The position numbers were made by a program, and so were the translations under genes. Under the pieces are notes generated by a model. The model saw nothing but the letters and a program-made list of their open reading frames with translations. It was not told the DNA's origin and made no database searches. DNA of 57,929 bases from a virus (lineage: Duplodnaviria > Heunggongvirae > Uroviricota > Caudoviricetes). The stretch is taken from the IMG/VR virus record IMGVR_UViG_2698536610_000002. One strand, given 5' to 3'. Shown here in pieces: positions 42,791-57,524 of this stretch (positions are counted from its first letter, which is position 1; each line of letters opens with the position of its first letter).

Positions 42791-43534
42791 ATGACACAGA
42801 CAGAATCAGCGATTCTGGCGCACGCCCGGCGATGTGCGCCAGCGGAGTCGTGCGGCTTCGTGGTAAGCACGCCGGAGGGGGAAAGATATTTCCCCTGCGT
42901 GAATATCTCCGGTGAGCCGGAGGCGTATTTCCGTATGTCGCCGGAGGACTGGCTGCAGGCAGAAATGCAGGGTGAGATTGTGGCACTGGTCCACAGCCAC
43001 CCCGGTGGTCTGCCCTGGCTGAGTGAGGCCGACCGGCGGCTGCAGGTGCAGAGTGATTTGCCGTGGTGGCTGGTCTGCCGGGGGACGATTCATAAGTTCC
43101 GCTGTGTGCCGCATCTCACCGGGCGGCGCTTTGAGCACGGGGTGACGGACTGTTACACGCTGTTCCGGGATGCTTATCATCTGGCGGGGATTGAGATGCC
43201 GGATTTTCATCGCGGGGATGACTGGTGGCGTCACGGTCAGAATCTCTATCTTGACAATATGGAGGCGACTGGTTTTTACCGTGTCGCACTGACAGAGGCG
43301 CAGCCTGGCGACGTGCTGCTGTGCTGCTTTGGTTCATCGGTGCCGAATCATGCCGCCATTTACTGTGGTGACGGCGAGCTGCTGCACCATATTCCTGGAC
43401 AACTGAGTAAACGAGAGAGGTATACCGACAAATGGCAGCGACGCACACACTCACTCTGGCGTCACCGGGCATGGCGCGCATCTGCCTTTACGGGAATTTG
43501 CAACGATTTGGCCGCCGCATCGACCTTCGTGTGA
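42791..43534 (+). CDS. K: Tail tip assembly protein K (JAMM/MPN plus NlpC/P60-like); start uncertain
   Basis: HSHPGGLPWLSEAD is a JAMM HxHx7Sx2D motif; the ORF as tracked is 247 aa; an internal Met at about 42935 is an alternative start. Confidence 0.8.
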   Translation: MTQTESAILAHARRCAPAESCGFVVSTPEGERYFPCVNISGEPEAYFRMSPEDWLQAEMQGEIVALVHSHPGGLPWLSEADRRLQVQSDLPWWLVCRGTIHKFRCVPHLTGRRFEHGVTDCYTLFRDAYHLAGIEMPDFHRGDDWWRHGQNLYLDNMEATGFYRVALTEAQPGDVLLCCFGSSVPNHAAIYCGDGELLHHIPGQLSKRERYTDKWQRRTHSLWRHRAWRASAFTGICNDLAAASTFV

Positions 43535-44103
43535 AAACGGGGGCTGAAGCCATCCGCGCACTGGCCACACAGCTCCCGGCGTTTCGTCAGAAACTGAGCG
43601 ACGGCTGGTATCAGGTACGGATTGCCGGGCGGGACGTCAGCACGTCCGGGTTAACGGCGCAGTTACATGAGACTCTGCCTGACGGCGCTGTGATTCATAT
43701 TGTTCCCAGAGTCGCCGGGGCCAAGTCAGGTGGCGTATTCCAGATTGTCCTGGGGGCTGCCGCCATTGCCGGATCATTCTTTACCGCCGGAGCCACCCTT
43801 GCAGCATGGGGGGCAGCCATTGGGGCCGGTGGTATGACCGGCATCCTGTTTTCTCTCGGTGCCAGTATGGTGCTCGGTGGTGTGGCGCAGATGCTGGCAC
43901 CGAAAGCCAGAACTCCCCGTACACAGACAACGGATAACGGCAAACAGAACACCTATTTCTCCTCACTGGATAACATGGTTGCCCAGGGCAATGTTCTGCC
44001 TGTTCTGTACGGTGAAATGCGCGTGGGGTCACGTGTGGTTTCTCAGGAGATCAGCACGGCAGACGAAGGGGATGGTGGTCAGGTTGTGGTGATTGGTCGC
44101 TGA
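43432..44103 (+). CDS. I: Tail tip assembly protein I
   Basis: 223 aa MAATHTLTLASPGMARICLYGNLQRFGRRIDLRVKTG... matches lambda gpI; overlaps the end of K. Confidence 0.9.
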   Translation: MAATHTLTLASPGMARICLYGNLQRFGRRIDLRVKTGAEAIRALATQLPAFRQKLSDGWYQVRIAGRDVSTSGLTAQLHETLPDGAVIHIVPRVAGAKSGGVFQIVLGAAAIAGSFFTAGATLAAWGAAIGAGGMTGILFSLGASMVLGGVAQMLAPKARTPRTQTTDNGKQNTYFSSLDNMVAQGNVLPVLYGEMRVGSRVVSQEISTADEGDGGQVVVIGR

Positions 44104-44160
44104 TGCAAAACATTTTATGTGAAACCGCCTCCGGGCGGTTTTATCGTTTATGGAGCATGA

Positions 44161-47562
<3,402 letters not shown>

Positions 47563-47628
47563 ATTTTATAACCCAGAACGGGCGTCAGAAATGACGCCTT
47601 TTTTATTGCAGAAAAGCGAGAGGTAATT

Positions 47629-48228
47629 ATGCGTAAACTTTATGCCGCCATTTTGTCCGCAGCCATTTGTCTGGCCGTATCCGGTGCGCCTGCATGGGCG
47701 TCTGAACATCAGTCCACGCTGAGCGCGGGGTATCTTCATGCCCGGACGAACGTTCCCGGCAGTGATGATCTGAACGGGATTAACGTGAAATACCGTTATG
47801 AGTTTACGGACACACTGGGGATGGTGACGTCATTCAGCTATGCAGGAGACAAGAATCGTCAGCTGACCCGTTACAGCGATACCCGCTGGCATGAAGATTC
47901 CGTTCGTAACCGCTGGTTCAGCGTGATGGCGGGGCCGTCTGTGCGCGTGAATGAATGGTTCAGCGCGTATGCGATGGCGGGTGTGGCTTACAGCCGTGTG
48001 TCGACTTTTTCCGGGGATTATCTCCGCGTAACTGACAATAAGGGGAAAACGCACGATGTGCTGACCGGAAGTGATGACGGTCGCCACAGCAACACGTCTC
48101 TGGCGTGGGGGGCTGGCGTGCAGTTTAACCCGACCGAATCCGTGGCCATTGATATTGCTTATGAAGGCTCCGGCAGTGGTGACTGGCGCACTGACGGTTT
48201 CATCGTGGGTGTCGGTTATAAATTCTGA
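47629..48228 (+). CDS. lom: Outer-membrane protein Lom (Ail/OmpX family)
   Basis: 199 aa with signal peptide MRKLYAAILSAAICLAVSGAPAWA and C-terminal ...GVGYKF. Confidence 0.9.
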   Translation: MRKLYAAILSAAICLAVSGAPAWASEHQSTLSAGYLHARTNVPGSDDLNGINVKYRYEFTDTLGMVTSFSYAGDKNRQLTRYSDTRWHEDSVRNRWFSVMAGPSVRVNEWFSAYAMAGVAYSRVSTFSGDYLRVTDNKGKTHDVLTGSDDGRHSNTSLAWGAGVQFNPTESVAIDIAYEGSGSGDWRTDGFIVGVGYKF

Positions 48229-48286
48229 TTAGCCAGGTAACACAGTGTTATGACAGCCCGCCGGTTCAGGCGGGCTTTTTTGTGGG

Positions 48287-51200
48287 GTGAATATGGCAGT
48301 AAAGATTTCAGGTGTACTGAAAGACGGCACAGGAAAACCGGTACAGAACTGCACAATCCAGCTGAAAGCAAAACGTAACAGCACCACGGTGGTGGTGAAC
48401 ACGCTGGCCTCAGAAAATCCGGATGAAGCCGGGCGTTACAGCATGGACGTTGAGTACGGGCAGTACAGCGTTATTCTGTTGGTGGAGGGATTCCCGCCGT
48501 CACATGCCGGGACCATCACCGTGTATGAAGATTCCCGACCCGGTACGCTGAATGATTTTCTCGGTGCCATGACGGAGGATGATGCCCGTCCTGAGGCACT
48601 GCGCCGTTTTGAACTGATGGTGGAAGAGGTGGCGCGTAACGCGTCCGCGGTGGCACAGAACACGGCAGCCGCGAAGAAGTCAGCCAGCGATGCCAGCACA
48701 TCAGCCCGTGAGGCGGCAACCCATGCGACTGATGCTGCAGGCTCAGCACGCGCAGCCAGCACGTCAGCCGGACAGGCCGCGTCGTCGGCTCAGTCAGCAT
48801 CTTCCAGCGCAGGAACGGCATCAACAAAGGCCAGTGAAGCATCGAAAAGTGCTGCTGCTGCAGAGTCCTCAAAAAGCGCGGCAGCTACCAGTGCCGCTAC
48901 GGCGAAAACGTCAGAAACGAATGCGGCAGCGTCACAACAATCAGCAGCCACTTCTGCATCCGCCGCGACCACGAAGGCGTCAGAAGCAGCCACCTCAGCC
49001 CGGGATGCGGCGGCCTCAAAAGAGGCAGCGAAATCATCAGAAACGAACGCATCATCAAGCGCCAGTAGTGCCGCTTCCTCGGCAACGGCAGCAGGCAATT
49101 CCGCGAAGGCGGCAAAGACGTCCGAGACAAACGCCAGGTCTTCTGAAACGGCAGCGGGACAGAGCGCCTCGGCTGCGGCAGGCTCAAAAACAGCGGCTGC
49201 GTCGTCTGCCAGTGCAGCGTCAACAAGTGCCGGGCAGGCCTCAGCCAGTGCTAGCGCCGCCGGAAAATCGGCAGAAAGCGCCGCATCGTCCGCTTCAACA
49301 GCCACAACGAAGGCTGGCGAAGCCACTGAACAGGCCAGCGCAGCAGCGAGGTCAGCTTCCGCAGCGAAGACATCCGAAACGAACGCGAAAGCGTCGGAAA
49401 CCAGCGCAGAATCCTCAAAAACGGCTGCCGCATCGTCCGCCAGTTCGGCGGCGTCATCGGCCTCATCGGCGTCTGCTTCAAAAGATGAGGCGACCAGACA
49501 AGCGTCAGCAGCGAAGGGCAGCGCCACGACGGCATCCACGAAGGCAACAGAGGCTGCTGGCAGTGCGACGGCGGCATCTCAGAGCAAAACTACTGCTGAA
49601 TCCGCTGCGACCCGTGCGGAAGCTGCTGCTGATCGTGCTGAAGAGATTGCCGGTGCAGTTGCGATGGAAGACGCAAGCCTTACAACTAAAGGTGTTGTGA
49701 AACTTAGCAGTGCTGTTGATAGCACCAGTGAATCGCTGGCCGCAACGCCAAAAGCAGTTAAAGCAGCCAATGACAATGCGAATAGCAGGGTGCCATCTAA
49801 CCGAAAAGTTAACGGAAAAGCACTGACTGCGGATATAACATTAACGCCGAAAGATATTGGTACTTTAAATTCAGTAACGATGTCTTTCTCTGGCGGGGCT
49901 GGGTGGTTCAAACTGGCTACGGTTACCATGCCACAAGCGAGTTCCATCGTTTACATCGCATTGATTGGTGGCGCTGGTTACAACGTCGGTTCCCCACATC
50001 AGGCAGGCATTTCAGAACTGGTTCTACGAGCAGGCAATGGAAACCCCAAAGGAATTACCGGGGCTTTGTGGAAGCGTACAGCCGTCGGATTAACGAATTT
50101 CGCCTGGATCAACACATCCGGCGATACATATGATATTTACGTTGAGATTGGCAATTATGCGACGAGTGTAAATATCCATTGGGATTGTACTGCAAATGCG
50201 TCAGTTTCTGTTTATACCTCGCCAACATATTCAGCGAGTAAGCCTTCCAGCGTTACCTATGGTGTTGTTTATACGATGTATAGCTCACATCAGAAACCTA
50301 CACCATCAGATATTGGAGCACTGCCAACAACCGGAGGAACAGTTTCAGGTCCGTTGTCTGTTACAGGTGGATTAACTGGTTCATTGAATGGTAATGCAAG
50401 TACAGCCACGAAATTGCAGACGGCAAGATCTATCGGTGGAGTTGTTTTCGACGGTTCTGCAAATATTAACCTTCCAGGTGTAAACACTACGGGTAATCAG
50501 AACACCACTGGTAATGCTGCAACTGCTACAAAACTTCAGACTGCAAGAAAAATATCCGGTGTTCCATTTGATGGTTCTACTGATATCACTTTAACCGCCG
50601 CGCATGTGGCTGCTTTTGCCAGAAGGGCAACGGATACATATGCCGATGCGGATGGTGGCGTTCCCTGGAATGCCGAATCAGGCGCTTACAATGTCACCCG
50701 CTCTGGCGACACCTATATTCTGGTTAACTTCTATACCGGAGTCGGAAGTTGCCGGACCCTGCAGATGAAGGCGCATTACAGAAATGGAGGTCTGTTCTAC
50801 CGTTCCTCAAGAGATGGCTATGGTTTTGAGGAAGGCTGGGCAGAAGTTTATACCTCGAAAAATCTTCCACCAGAAAGCTACCCAGTTGGCGCACCAATCC
50901 CGTGGCCATCAGATACCGTTCCGTCTGGTTATGCCCTGATGCAGGGGCAGACTTTTGACAAATCTGCTTACCCGAAACTTGCAGCCGCTTATCCGTCAGG
51001 CGTGATCCCTGATATGCGTGGCTGGACGATTAAGGGCAAACCTGCCAGTGGTCGGGCCGTATTGTCTCAGGAACAGGACGGCATTAAATCGCATACCCAC
51101 AGCGCCAGCGCATCCAATACAGATTTGGGGACGAAAACCACATCGTCGTTTGATTACGGCACTAAATCCACGAATAACACCGGGGCACATACACACAGTG

Positions 51201-51520
51201 TTAGCGGTACGGCTGCTTCAGCCGGTGCACATACCCATTCGATGACATTTGTTTCAGGTGGTTCCAGTGGTGCTCCGGGAAGTGGATCACCTGATTATTC
51301 TAAATACAGTGTTAACACTTCTTCTGCAGGCGCTCATACGCACTCTGTATCGGGTACTGCTGCAAGCGCAGGTGCACATGCACATACTGTCGGTATTGGT
51401 GCTCATACGCACTCTGTTGCGATTGGCTCACATGGACACACTATCACCGTTAACGCTGCTGGTAACGCGGAAAACACCGTCAAAAACATCGCATTTAACT
51501 ACATTGTGAGGCTTGCATAA
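48287..51520 (+). CDS. stf: Side tail fibre Stf with expanded Ala/Ser-rich repeat region and His-rich C-terminal repeats
   Basis: 1077 aa; repeated AKTSETNA-type units; C-terminal GAHTHS/GSHGHT repeats typical of tail-fibre receptor-binding tips. Confidence 0.85.
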   Translation: MNMAVKISGVLKDGTGKPVQNCTIQLKAKRNSTTVVVNTLASENPDEAGRYSMDVEYGQYSVILLVEGFPPSHAGTITVYEDSRPGTLNDFLGAMTEDDARPEALRRFELMVEEVARNASAVAQNTAAAKKSASDASTSAREAATHATDAAGSARAASTSAGQAASSAQSASSSAGTASTKASEASKSAAAAESSKSAAATSAATAKTSETNAAASQQSAATSASAATTKASEAATSARDAAASKEAAKSSETNASSSASSAASSATAAGNSAKAAKTSETNARSSETAAGQSASAAAGSKTAAASSASAASTSAGQASASASAAGKSAESAASSASTATTKAGEATEQASAAARSASAAKTSETNAKASETSAESSKTAAASSASSAASSASSASASKDEATRQASAAKGSATTASTKATEAAGSATAASQSKTTAESAATRAEAAADRAEEIAGAVAMEDASLTTKGVVKLSSAVDSTSESLAATPKAVKAANDNANSRVPSNRKVNGKALTADITLTPKDIGTLNSVTMSFSGGAGWFKLATVTMPQASSIVYIALIGGAGYNVGSPHQAGISELVLRAGNGNPKGITGALWKRTAVGLTNFAWINTSGDTYDIYVEIGNYATSVNIHWDCTANASVSVYTSPTYSASKPSSVTYGVVYTMYSSHQKPTPSDIGALPTTGGTVSGPLSVTGGLTGSLNGNASTATKLQTARSIGGVVFDGSANINLPGVNTTGNQNTTGNAATATKLQTARKISGVPFDGSTDITLTAAHVAAFARRATDTYADADGGVPWNAESGAYNVTRSGDTYILVNFYTGVGSCRTLQMKAHYRNGGLFYRSSRDGYGFEEGWAEVYTSKNLPPESYPVGAPIPWPSDTVPSGYALMQGQTFDKSAYPKLAAAYPSGVIPDMRGWTIKGKPASGRAVLSQEQDGIKSHTHSASASNTDLGTKTTSSFDYGTKSTNNTGAHTHSVSGTAASAGAHTHSMTFVSGGSSGAPGSGSPDYSKYSVNTSSAGAHTHSVSGTAASAGAHAHTVGIGAHTHSVAIGSHGHTITVNAAGNAENTVKNIAFNYIVRLA

Positions 51521-52104
51521 TGGCATTCAGAATGAGTGAACAACCACGGACCATAAAAATTTATAATCTGCTGGCCGGAACTAATGAATTTATTGGTGAA
51601 GGTGACGCATATATTCCGCCTCATACAGGTCTGCCTGCAAACAGTACCTATATTGCACCGCCAGATATTCCGGCTGGTTTCGTGGCTGTTTTCAACAGTG
51701 ATGAGGCATCGTGGCATCTCGTTGAAGATCATCGGGGTAAAACGGTTTATGACGTGGCTTCCGGCGACGCGTTATTTATTTCTGAACTCGGCTCATTACC
51801 GGAAAATGTCACTTGGTTATCCCCGGAAGGGGAGTTTCAGAAGTGGAACGGCACAGCCTGGGTGAAGGATACGGAAGCAGAAAAACTGTTCCGGATCCGG
51901 GAGGCGGAAGAAACAAAAAACAGCCTGATGCAGGTAGCCAGTGAGCATATTGCGCCGCTTCAGGATGCTGCAGATCTGGAAATCGCAACGGAGGAAGAAA
52001 CCTCGTTGCTTGAAGCCTGGAAGAAGTATCGGGTGTTGCTGAATCGTGTTGATACATCAACTGCACCTGATATTGAGTGGCCCGCAATCCCTGTTATGGA
52101 ATAA
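51520..52104 (+). CDS. tfa: Tail fibre assembly chaperone Tfa
   Basis: 194 aa [48 protein letters not shown]... matches lambda Tfa. Confidence 0.9.
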   Translation: MAFRMSEQPRTIKIYNLLAGTNEFIGEGDAYIPPHTGLPANSTYIAPPDIPAGFVAVFNSDEASWHLVEDHRGKTVYDVASGDALFISELGSLPENVTWLSPEGEFQKWNGTAWVKDTEAEKLFRIREAEETKNSLMQVASEHIAPLQDAADLEIATEEETSLLEAWKKYRVLLNRVDTSTAPDIEWPAIPVME

Positions 52105-52437
52105 TAGTTTTGTGATATGCCGCAGAAACGTTATATGCAATAACGTGCTGCGGTTGGCTGATGTACTTTCGAGAGTGTATTGAATAATTTCCAACCGTCA
52201 TTAATTTTATTTATTTTTTGTATGAGAGGATTTGAACCTCCGAGCCTCGACACCTTATGACAACGCGATATTGCCTTGATGACCGCCATGTGCCAAAATA
52301 ACCAATTGATAAATAAGTTGATTTTAATTGGTTGGAAGCAAGTCAGGTCAAATTCAGCATTCCGCTCTCTGTATCGGATAGTTAAATTTTTCTATAACTG
52401 ATAGTAATATGTTAAAACTCACACAGATAAATTATCA

Positions 52438-54420
52438 TTGCTCAACAAGTATAATGGAGTTCCCGTGGATACAGCAGAACATGATGGCAAGTTTGCTTGG
52501 GCTAGTTTTTATGAGGCTTTTGCCAACGCGTTACTGACTTGGCGAAATCGTAGAGATGAATTAGTCAAAGGTATTCATCTAATTGCCTCGGGTGTGGAAG
52601 GAATGTCCCATCTGCAGGACAAATCTATTATGGGAGAGATCTTTCCCTTAAAAGACATTTGTCCGTTTACTACTATGGGCTTGTTCAATCGTAACTTGAC
52701 CGACAGCAATCGCAAAATTATTGCTGCCAAGCTAGCGAATTTGTTGGGCGTGAACGAACCGATTCCTGACTCCTTTGCCGGAATCCCTCTGTTGAATAAC
52801 CAAAAATCTTGGTTCTTTGGTTATGAAAAGTCACGCGACCCTAATGACATTGAATGCTTGTGGGAAATGTTCTCACAGGCAATGACCTTTGCGGATAACC
52901 AGAATACTAACTCTGCAGACTTCACTGCCGCATATGACATCGCTTCTACAGTAATGAATGTCGGTTGGAATCTCACCATGGGGTTGTACTGGACCCGTCC
53001 TTGGTTCTACCCCACTTTAGATAGCCAGTCGCAGTATTACATTCAGACAGTGTTAAACATTAAGATCATTAAAAACGGGGCAAAAGGTCGCTGTAGTGGA
53101 CAAAGTTACCTGAGTCTTATGCGGGCGCTGAACGAGGTCTTTACCCAACCAAACTATCCGGTTCATTCTTTCCCAGAACTTTCCTTATCAGCGTGGAATA
53201 CAGATCTTAGCCAGTCTAAAGATGAGGTGGCAAATAGAACGTGGAAAGCCTCTTTACTGAATAAAATTAAGGCGTTATGCCTGAAAAAAAATGGCCCTTA
53301 TTTCACTGCTTCGGAGTTGGAAGAAAACTACTTGGACGTTTTCAAGGTAGAGCATCCTGAGAGCAAAACTGTTACAAGCTCAATCTACTTTTATCTACAG
53401 AAACTATGCAATGATGATGAGTTAAAGTCCCTCGAGTCCGGAAATTATGAATACCTGAATTTTGAGAAAAACGAATCCCAGACGATAACTGAGGAAACTG
53501 TCGAAGAGAGTGCGCTGTCGCCAAAACTCACCCACGTTCCTTATGACATCAGTCATCTGGTGCAGGATGGCTGTTTCTTGGAAGAGGCTAAGATCCAACT
53601 CACACTTCAGCGCCTGATCGACAAGAAAAACCTGATATTACAAGGACCACCCGGAACTGGAAAAACTTGGTTAGCGCGACGTCTGGCGTACTGCTTGATG
53701 GGAGAAAAAGCACCTGAGCGTATTAGCGCGGTGCAATTTCACCCGAACCTCTCTTACGAAGACTTTATTCGCGGCTGGCGTCCAGGTAAAGAAGGGCAAT
53801 TGACGCTAATTGATGGACCTTTTGTAAATGCAATCAAAACTGCAGTCAATAATCCTACCTCGAAATATGTGGTGATAATTGAAGAGATTAATCGTGGCAA
53901 TCCGGCGCAAATCTTCGGTGAAACACTCACGTTGATGGAAGCAGATAAACGCACGCCGACTGAGGCATTATCTCTTTCCTATCCTAAAAATGCTGATGAA
54001 AAAATATACATTCCTGAGAATCTATATATCATCGGTACGATGAATATTGCAGACCGCTCACTCGCACTACTTGACCTAGCGCTGCGCCGTCGTTTCGCGT
54101 TTATCGATCTAAAGCCAGCTTTTAATGACGCGTGGAGAAACTGGGTAAATTATAATTACGCAATTGATTTTGACATGTTAGCATTCATCAAATCTCGACT
54201 GACGGTATTAAACGATATGCTGGCAAAAGATGTTACCTTAGGACCACAGTTTTGTATCGGTCACAGCTATGTCACCCCAGCTATCGGCCAAAAAATCAAC
54301 GATGCCCAGGCTTGGTATGAACAAGTCGTTGATACAGAGATCTGCCCTTTGCTCGCCGAATATTGGTTCGATGCTCCAAATAAAGTCGATGAAGCCAGAA
54401 AAGTGTTATTAGCAAAATGA
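52438..54420 (+). CDS. McrB-like AAA+ GTPase with a long (~400 aa) N-terminal domain; start codon uncertain (TTG 52438 or GTG 52465)
   Basis: C-terminal half aligns with E. coli McrB: LILQGPPGTGKTWLARRLAY, VVIIEEINRGNPAQIFGE, YIIGTMNIADRSLALLDLALRRRFAFIDL. Confidence 0.8.
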   Translation: MLNKYNGVPVDTAEHDGKFAWASFYEAFANALLTWRNRRDELVKGIHLIASGVEGMSHLQDKSIMGEIFPLKDICPFTTMGLFNRNLTDSNRKIIAAKLANLLGVNEPIPDSFAGIPLLNNQKSWFFGYEKSRDPNDIECLWEMFSQAMTFADNQNTNSADFTAAYDIASTVMNVGWNLTMGLYWTRPWFYPTLDSQSQYYIQTVLNIKIIKNGAKGRCSGQSYLSLMRALNEVFTQPNYPVHSFPELSLSAWNTDLSQSKDEVANRTWKASLLNKIKALCLKKNGPYFTASELEENYLDVFKVEHPESKTVTSSIYFYLQKLCNDDELKSLESGNYEYLNFEKNESQTITEETVEESALSPKLTHVPYDISHLVQDGCFLEEAKIQLTLQRLIDKKNLILQGPPGTGKTWLARRLAYCLMGEKAPERISAVQFHPNLSYEDFIRGWRPGKEGQLTLIDGPFVNAIKTAVNNPTSKYVVIIEEINRGNPAQIFGETLTLMEADKRTPTEALSLSYPKNADEKIYIPENLYIIGTMNIADRSLALLDLALRRRFAFIDLKPAFNDAWRNWVNYNYAIDFDMLAFIKSRLTVLNDMLAKDVTLGPQFCIGHSYVTPAIGQKINDAQAWYEQVVDTEICPLLAEYWFDAPNKVDEARKVLLAK

Positions 54421-55538
54421 CGACAATAACCGGGAGTGAGCAACATACAGCATCACGTATTCCCATGCGAAATATCTGGATGCTGATGCTGTACGCTTCA
54501 GATCTGTTTCGCCAGTTAGGGCGCAATCAGATCGCAGTAGAAGATAACCCAGCAGAAATCCCCGACCTGGTGGCGACAATCCTCCTTCATGAGATTACGC
54601 TGCGCCGACGTCGCAATTTAAATATGGGATACCAAACTTGTCATGCGGCCCTGAACCGGGTGAGAGGGCGCATTGACATACTGTATACTGCCAGTCATCA
54701 ACTGCTGGAACGGGGACAGGTTGCCTGCCATTTTCAAGACATAACCCTCAACACCCCCCGAAATCGCTATGTTCGCTGTGCGTTAGAACGTCTGGCCTCA
54801 ATCATAGTGAAACCGTCTTTGGCGGCAGATTGCCATTTTATGGCAATATCACTTCGCCGTGAGGGGATAAATGGAGGATATCCTGCCCCCCACGAATTAC
54901 CCTCAGTGTGGCGTTTTGGACGCCATGATGCCGCAGATAAACCGATGGTCGATGCCGCACGATTAGCTTTTGAACTGCTGATGCCGACCGAAGATCAAGG
55001 CCAATATCTTTTACCTGCGCCCTCAAATAACCTTTACTGGATGAGAAGACTATTTGAAAAAGGTATCGCTGGCTTATATCGTGTACACCTTGACAAAACA
55101 ACTTGGCAGGTCTCTGCAGGGAAAGAGCTGAAATGGGCGTTGAGCGATCAAAGTGCAGGTAGTGCAGAGATTTTCCCGACAATGAAGTCAGACATTATTC
55201 TGGAACACAAGACTGCCCAGCGGCGTATTATTATCGATACCAAATTTAATTCGATTCTGACAAAGGGTTGGCATCGGGAGCAATCACTACGTAATGGCTA
55301 TATTTATCAGCTATATACCTACCTTAGAACACAGGAGAACAAGACGGATCCGCTTTCGCTCAATGCCGCTGGTCTTCTACTTCATCCAGCTGTTGGCTAT
55401 ATGCTTAATGAGTATGTTGTCACTCAGGGACATAAGATCCATTTTGCTACAGTAGATATGACGGTAGATGCTAAAGCAATTAAAAAACAATTGCTGGCAA
55501 TAGCCCATGATTGTGCAGGAGTCGCGGTTGATGACTAA
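54417..55538 (+). CDS. McrC-like nuclease subunit
   Basis: 373 aa; ATGA start/stop overlap with the McrB-like gene; PD-(D/E)xK-like IIIDTKFN and QLYTYL motifs in the C-terminal half. Confidence 0.75.
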   Translation: MTTITGSEQHTASRIPMRNIWMLMLYASDLFRQLGRNQIAVEDNPAEIPDLVATILLHEITLRRRRNLNMGYQTCHAALNRVRGRIDILYTASHQLLERGQVACHFQDITLNTPRNRYVRCALERLASIIVKPSLAADCHFMAISLRREGINGGYPAPHELPSVWRFGRHDAADKPMVDAARLAFELLMPTEDQGQYLLPAPSNNLYWMRRLFEKGIAGLYRVHLDKTTWQVSAGKELKWALSDQSAGSAEIFPTMKSDIILEHKTAQRRIIIDTKFNSILTKGWHREQSLRNGYIYQLYTYLRTQENKTDPLSLNAAGLLLHPAVGYMLNEYVVTQGHKIHFATVDMTVDAKAIKKQLLAIAHDCAGVAVDD

Positions 55539-56238
55539 CCATCCTATAGGGCACTGGCTGTAATATAATCAATAGTTTCAATTAAGTAGCTGTTATCCGT
55601 GCTTAGTCATCATATGACGCACCACGGTCTAATTTTCCTGCTCATACATTGATATATCCTTGTCGTGCCCGGAAAGTCGCAGTCCACTATGAGGTATACC
55701 GATTGCCAGCACCAAAAGCTTCTTTGTGATTATTATATCGGGGAATGCCTATTTTTTTAGTGACAATATCAGATAGCAATTAATAAGCGGTGCCGGTAAT
55801 GGATGTTATGTTTAATGTATAGACACAGCCATCATAAACTAAACGTCTGTTGTTCGCTCATAACCGACATTTATCTCAGTTATGGAGGATAATTATGTAT
55901 GCAGATAATGGGGCAGACAGTCGTGGAGTAAACAAGGTTTTGCACTGCTTGGCGGCATCGTTATCTTATTTTTAATTATGTGCCTCTTAACATAAGTTGG
56001 GACAAAACAGAGACACATAAGGTCTCACAAAGGTCTGCAAGGCCTCACATGTATTGAGATGTTAATAAAATGTAGACTTGTAATTTGGATATAAATGGTA
56101 GAGAAAACCTTTCCCCAAAATAAAAACGAACGTCAATGAAATCAAACGGTTGAATAAAGTTAATTTTGGCTAATAAAAAGACAATAAAATAATTTTTATC
56201 ATTAAATATCAATGACTTGAATTCATGGTTTTTATATA

Positions 56239-56403
56239 CTGCTGCGCCATATGGGCTGGACTGAAGCCGCAGACCTGATTGTTAAAGGTATGGAAGGCGC
56301 AATCAATGCGAAGACCGTAACCTATGACTTCGAGCGTCTGATGGAAGGCGCTAAACTGCTGAAATGTTCAGAATTTGGTGATGCGATCATCAAGAACATG
56401 TAA
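56239..56403 (+). pseudogene. icd: 3' fragment of isocitrate dehydrogenase gene (icd'), displaced copy marking a phage attachment site
   Basis: Translates [54 protein letters not shown], the Icd C-terminus; in-frame stop 6 codons upstream shows it is only a fragment. Confidence 0.8.
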
Positions 56404-56426
56404 TCACTACATGTGTTTAATATTGC

Positions 56427-56449
56427 AACGGGCGTATAACACGCCCGTT
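56427..56449 (+). terminator. Rho-independent terminator after icd' (aacgggcgt-ataac-acgcccgtt then T-run)
   Basis: Perfect 9-bp stem followed by gttttatttat; a degenerate second copy occurs at 57287-57309. Confidence 0.75.
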
Positions 56450-56505
56450 GTTTTATTTATGTAGGTATTATTAATAGCATATCGAGCATATTTATATAAA
56501 ACCCT

Positions 56506-56829
56506 TTACTTGAGCCCATATGGGCATATTTTTATAATGCAACTATTATGCAAACATTTATTTGTTATTTTGCTTTCTCCTGGAGGACACTCTTGACTGC
56601 TTTTGAGTAGACTCCATAAATCCTTGTTGAATGGTGCGATGTTATAAATAGTAATAGGATATTCTTTATCTTTAAGGATAATTCCAGATTTAACCGGTGT
56701 AAATATACTGCCAGGAGGGAGAAATATAGTAGATTGATACCAGATGATCATTTTCATATTACCCCATATGGCTGAAAAAGATATGCCGCATGAAGGTTGA
56801 ATTATCGTGTCAATTACTATCCACTTCAT
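56506..56829 (-). CDS. Hypothetical ORF in an AT-rich islet between the two terminator copies
   Basis: 107-aa ORF, very AT-rich; no recognisable motif. Confidence 0.25.
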   Translation of the reverse strand: MKWIVIDTIIQPSCGISFSAIWGNMKMIIWYQSTIFLPPGSIFTPVKSGIILKDKEYPITIYNIAPFNKDLWSLLKSSQECPPGESKITNKCLHNSCIIKICPYGLK

Positions 56830-57524
56830 TTGTTATGTCTTATCCCACGGTATTTAATATAGTTCATTTGGATGTTCATTTCTTTATTTTGCATATGAGT
56901 ATATTACCCCTTCAAAAAATAAATTAATTAAAACGATTGCTTATATAAAACAAAATTTAAAGCAAGGAATCTCAATGGATGTTAAACAAAATGAGATTTA
57001 GTGAAAACAATAAATTATTCACTTCGTTTTAGATTTGTTTAGCTATAATGTTATACATTCAAATGACTGAACATCCTGTAATTAAAACATAGCCTTTATG
57101 CTACTTTGTGCCAATTTGCTAAACATTATGGTTGCCTTTTTATATAACGATAATAATGAATATAAGCATGACATGAGAATAAGGTTTCAATTTTTGAGTT
57201 ATATAGGAAAGGTTTAACCTGTTCCTGGCTAAAATACATATAACTGGATGATGACTAAACCAAAACACATGTGCGTTAAGTATTGAAACGGGCGTATGGC
57301 ACACCCGTTGTTTTTATAAATATATTAACCGTTATAAAATAACGTATAGAAAGTCAAGTGATCACATTTCAAATATCAATTTGATAGTATTGGCATGGTG
57401 ATTATTTATGGGTAGCAATAAAAGGACAGTATTTATCATCCATAGGTATAGTCTCTGTACTTTTATTCCCATTATGCTAATGCCTTACTGAATTATGAAG
57501 CATTTCTTAAGCATCCAACTTTAG

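Noticed and set aside
48690-49700. 336-aa Arg/Pro/Gln-rich plus-strand ORF and several Ala-rich minus-strand ORFs
   Set aside because: Alternative-frame readings of the repetitive Ala/Ser-coding segment of stf; composition artefacts, not genes.
52221-52300. tRNA-like fragment on the minus strand (ggaggttcaaatcctct T-arm-like segment)
   Set aside because: Only a T-arm-like stem-loop is recognisable; no full cloverleaf, anticodon arm or encoded CCA could be built by eye. Probably a short remnant; a tRNA scan would settle it.
55894-55971. 25-codon ORF with a good SD (ggagg) in the AT-rich gap after McrC
   Set aside because: Too short to assess from sequence alone; noted only as a possible small protein or leader peptide.
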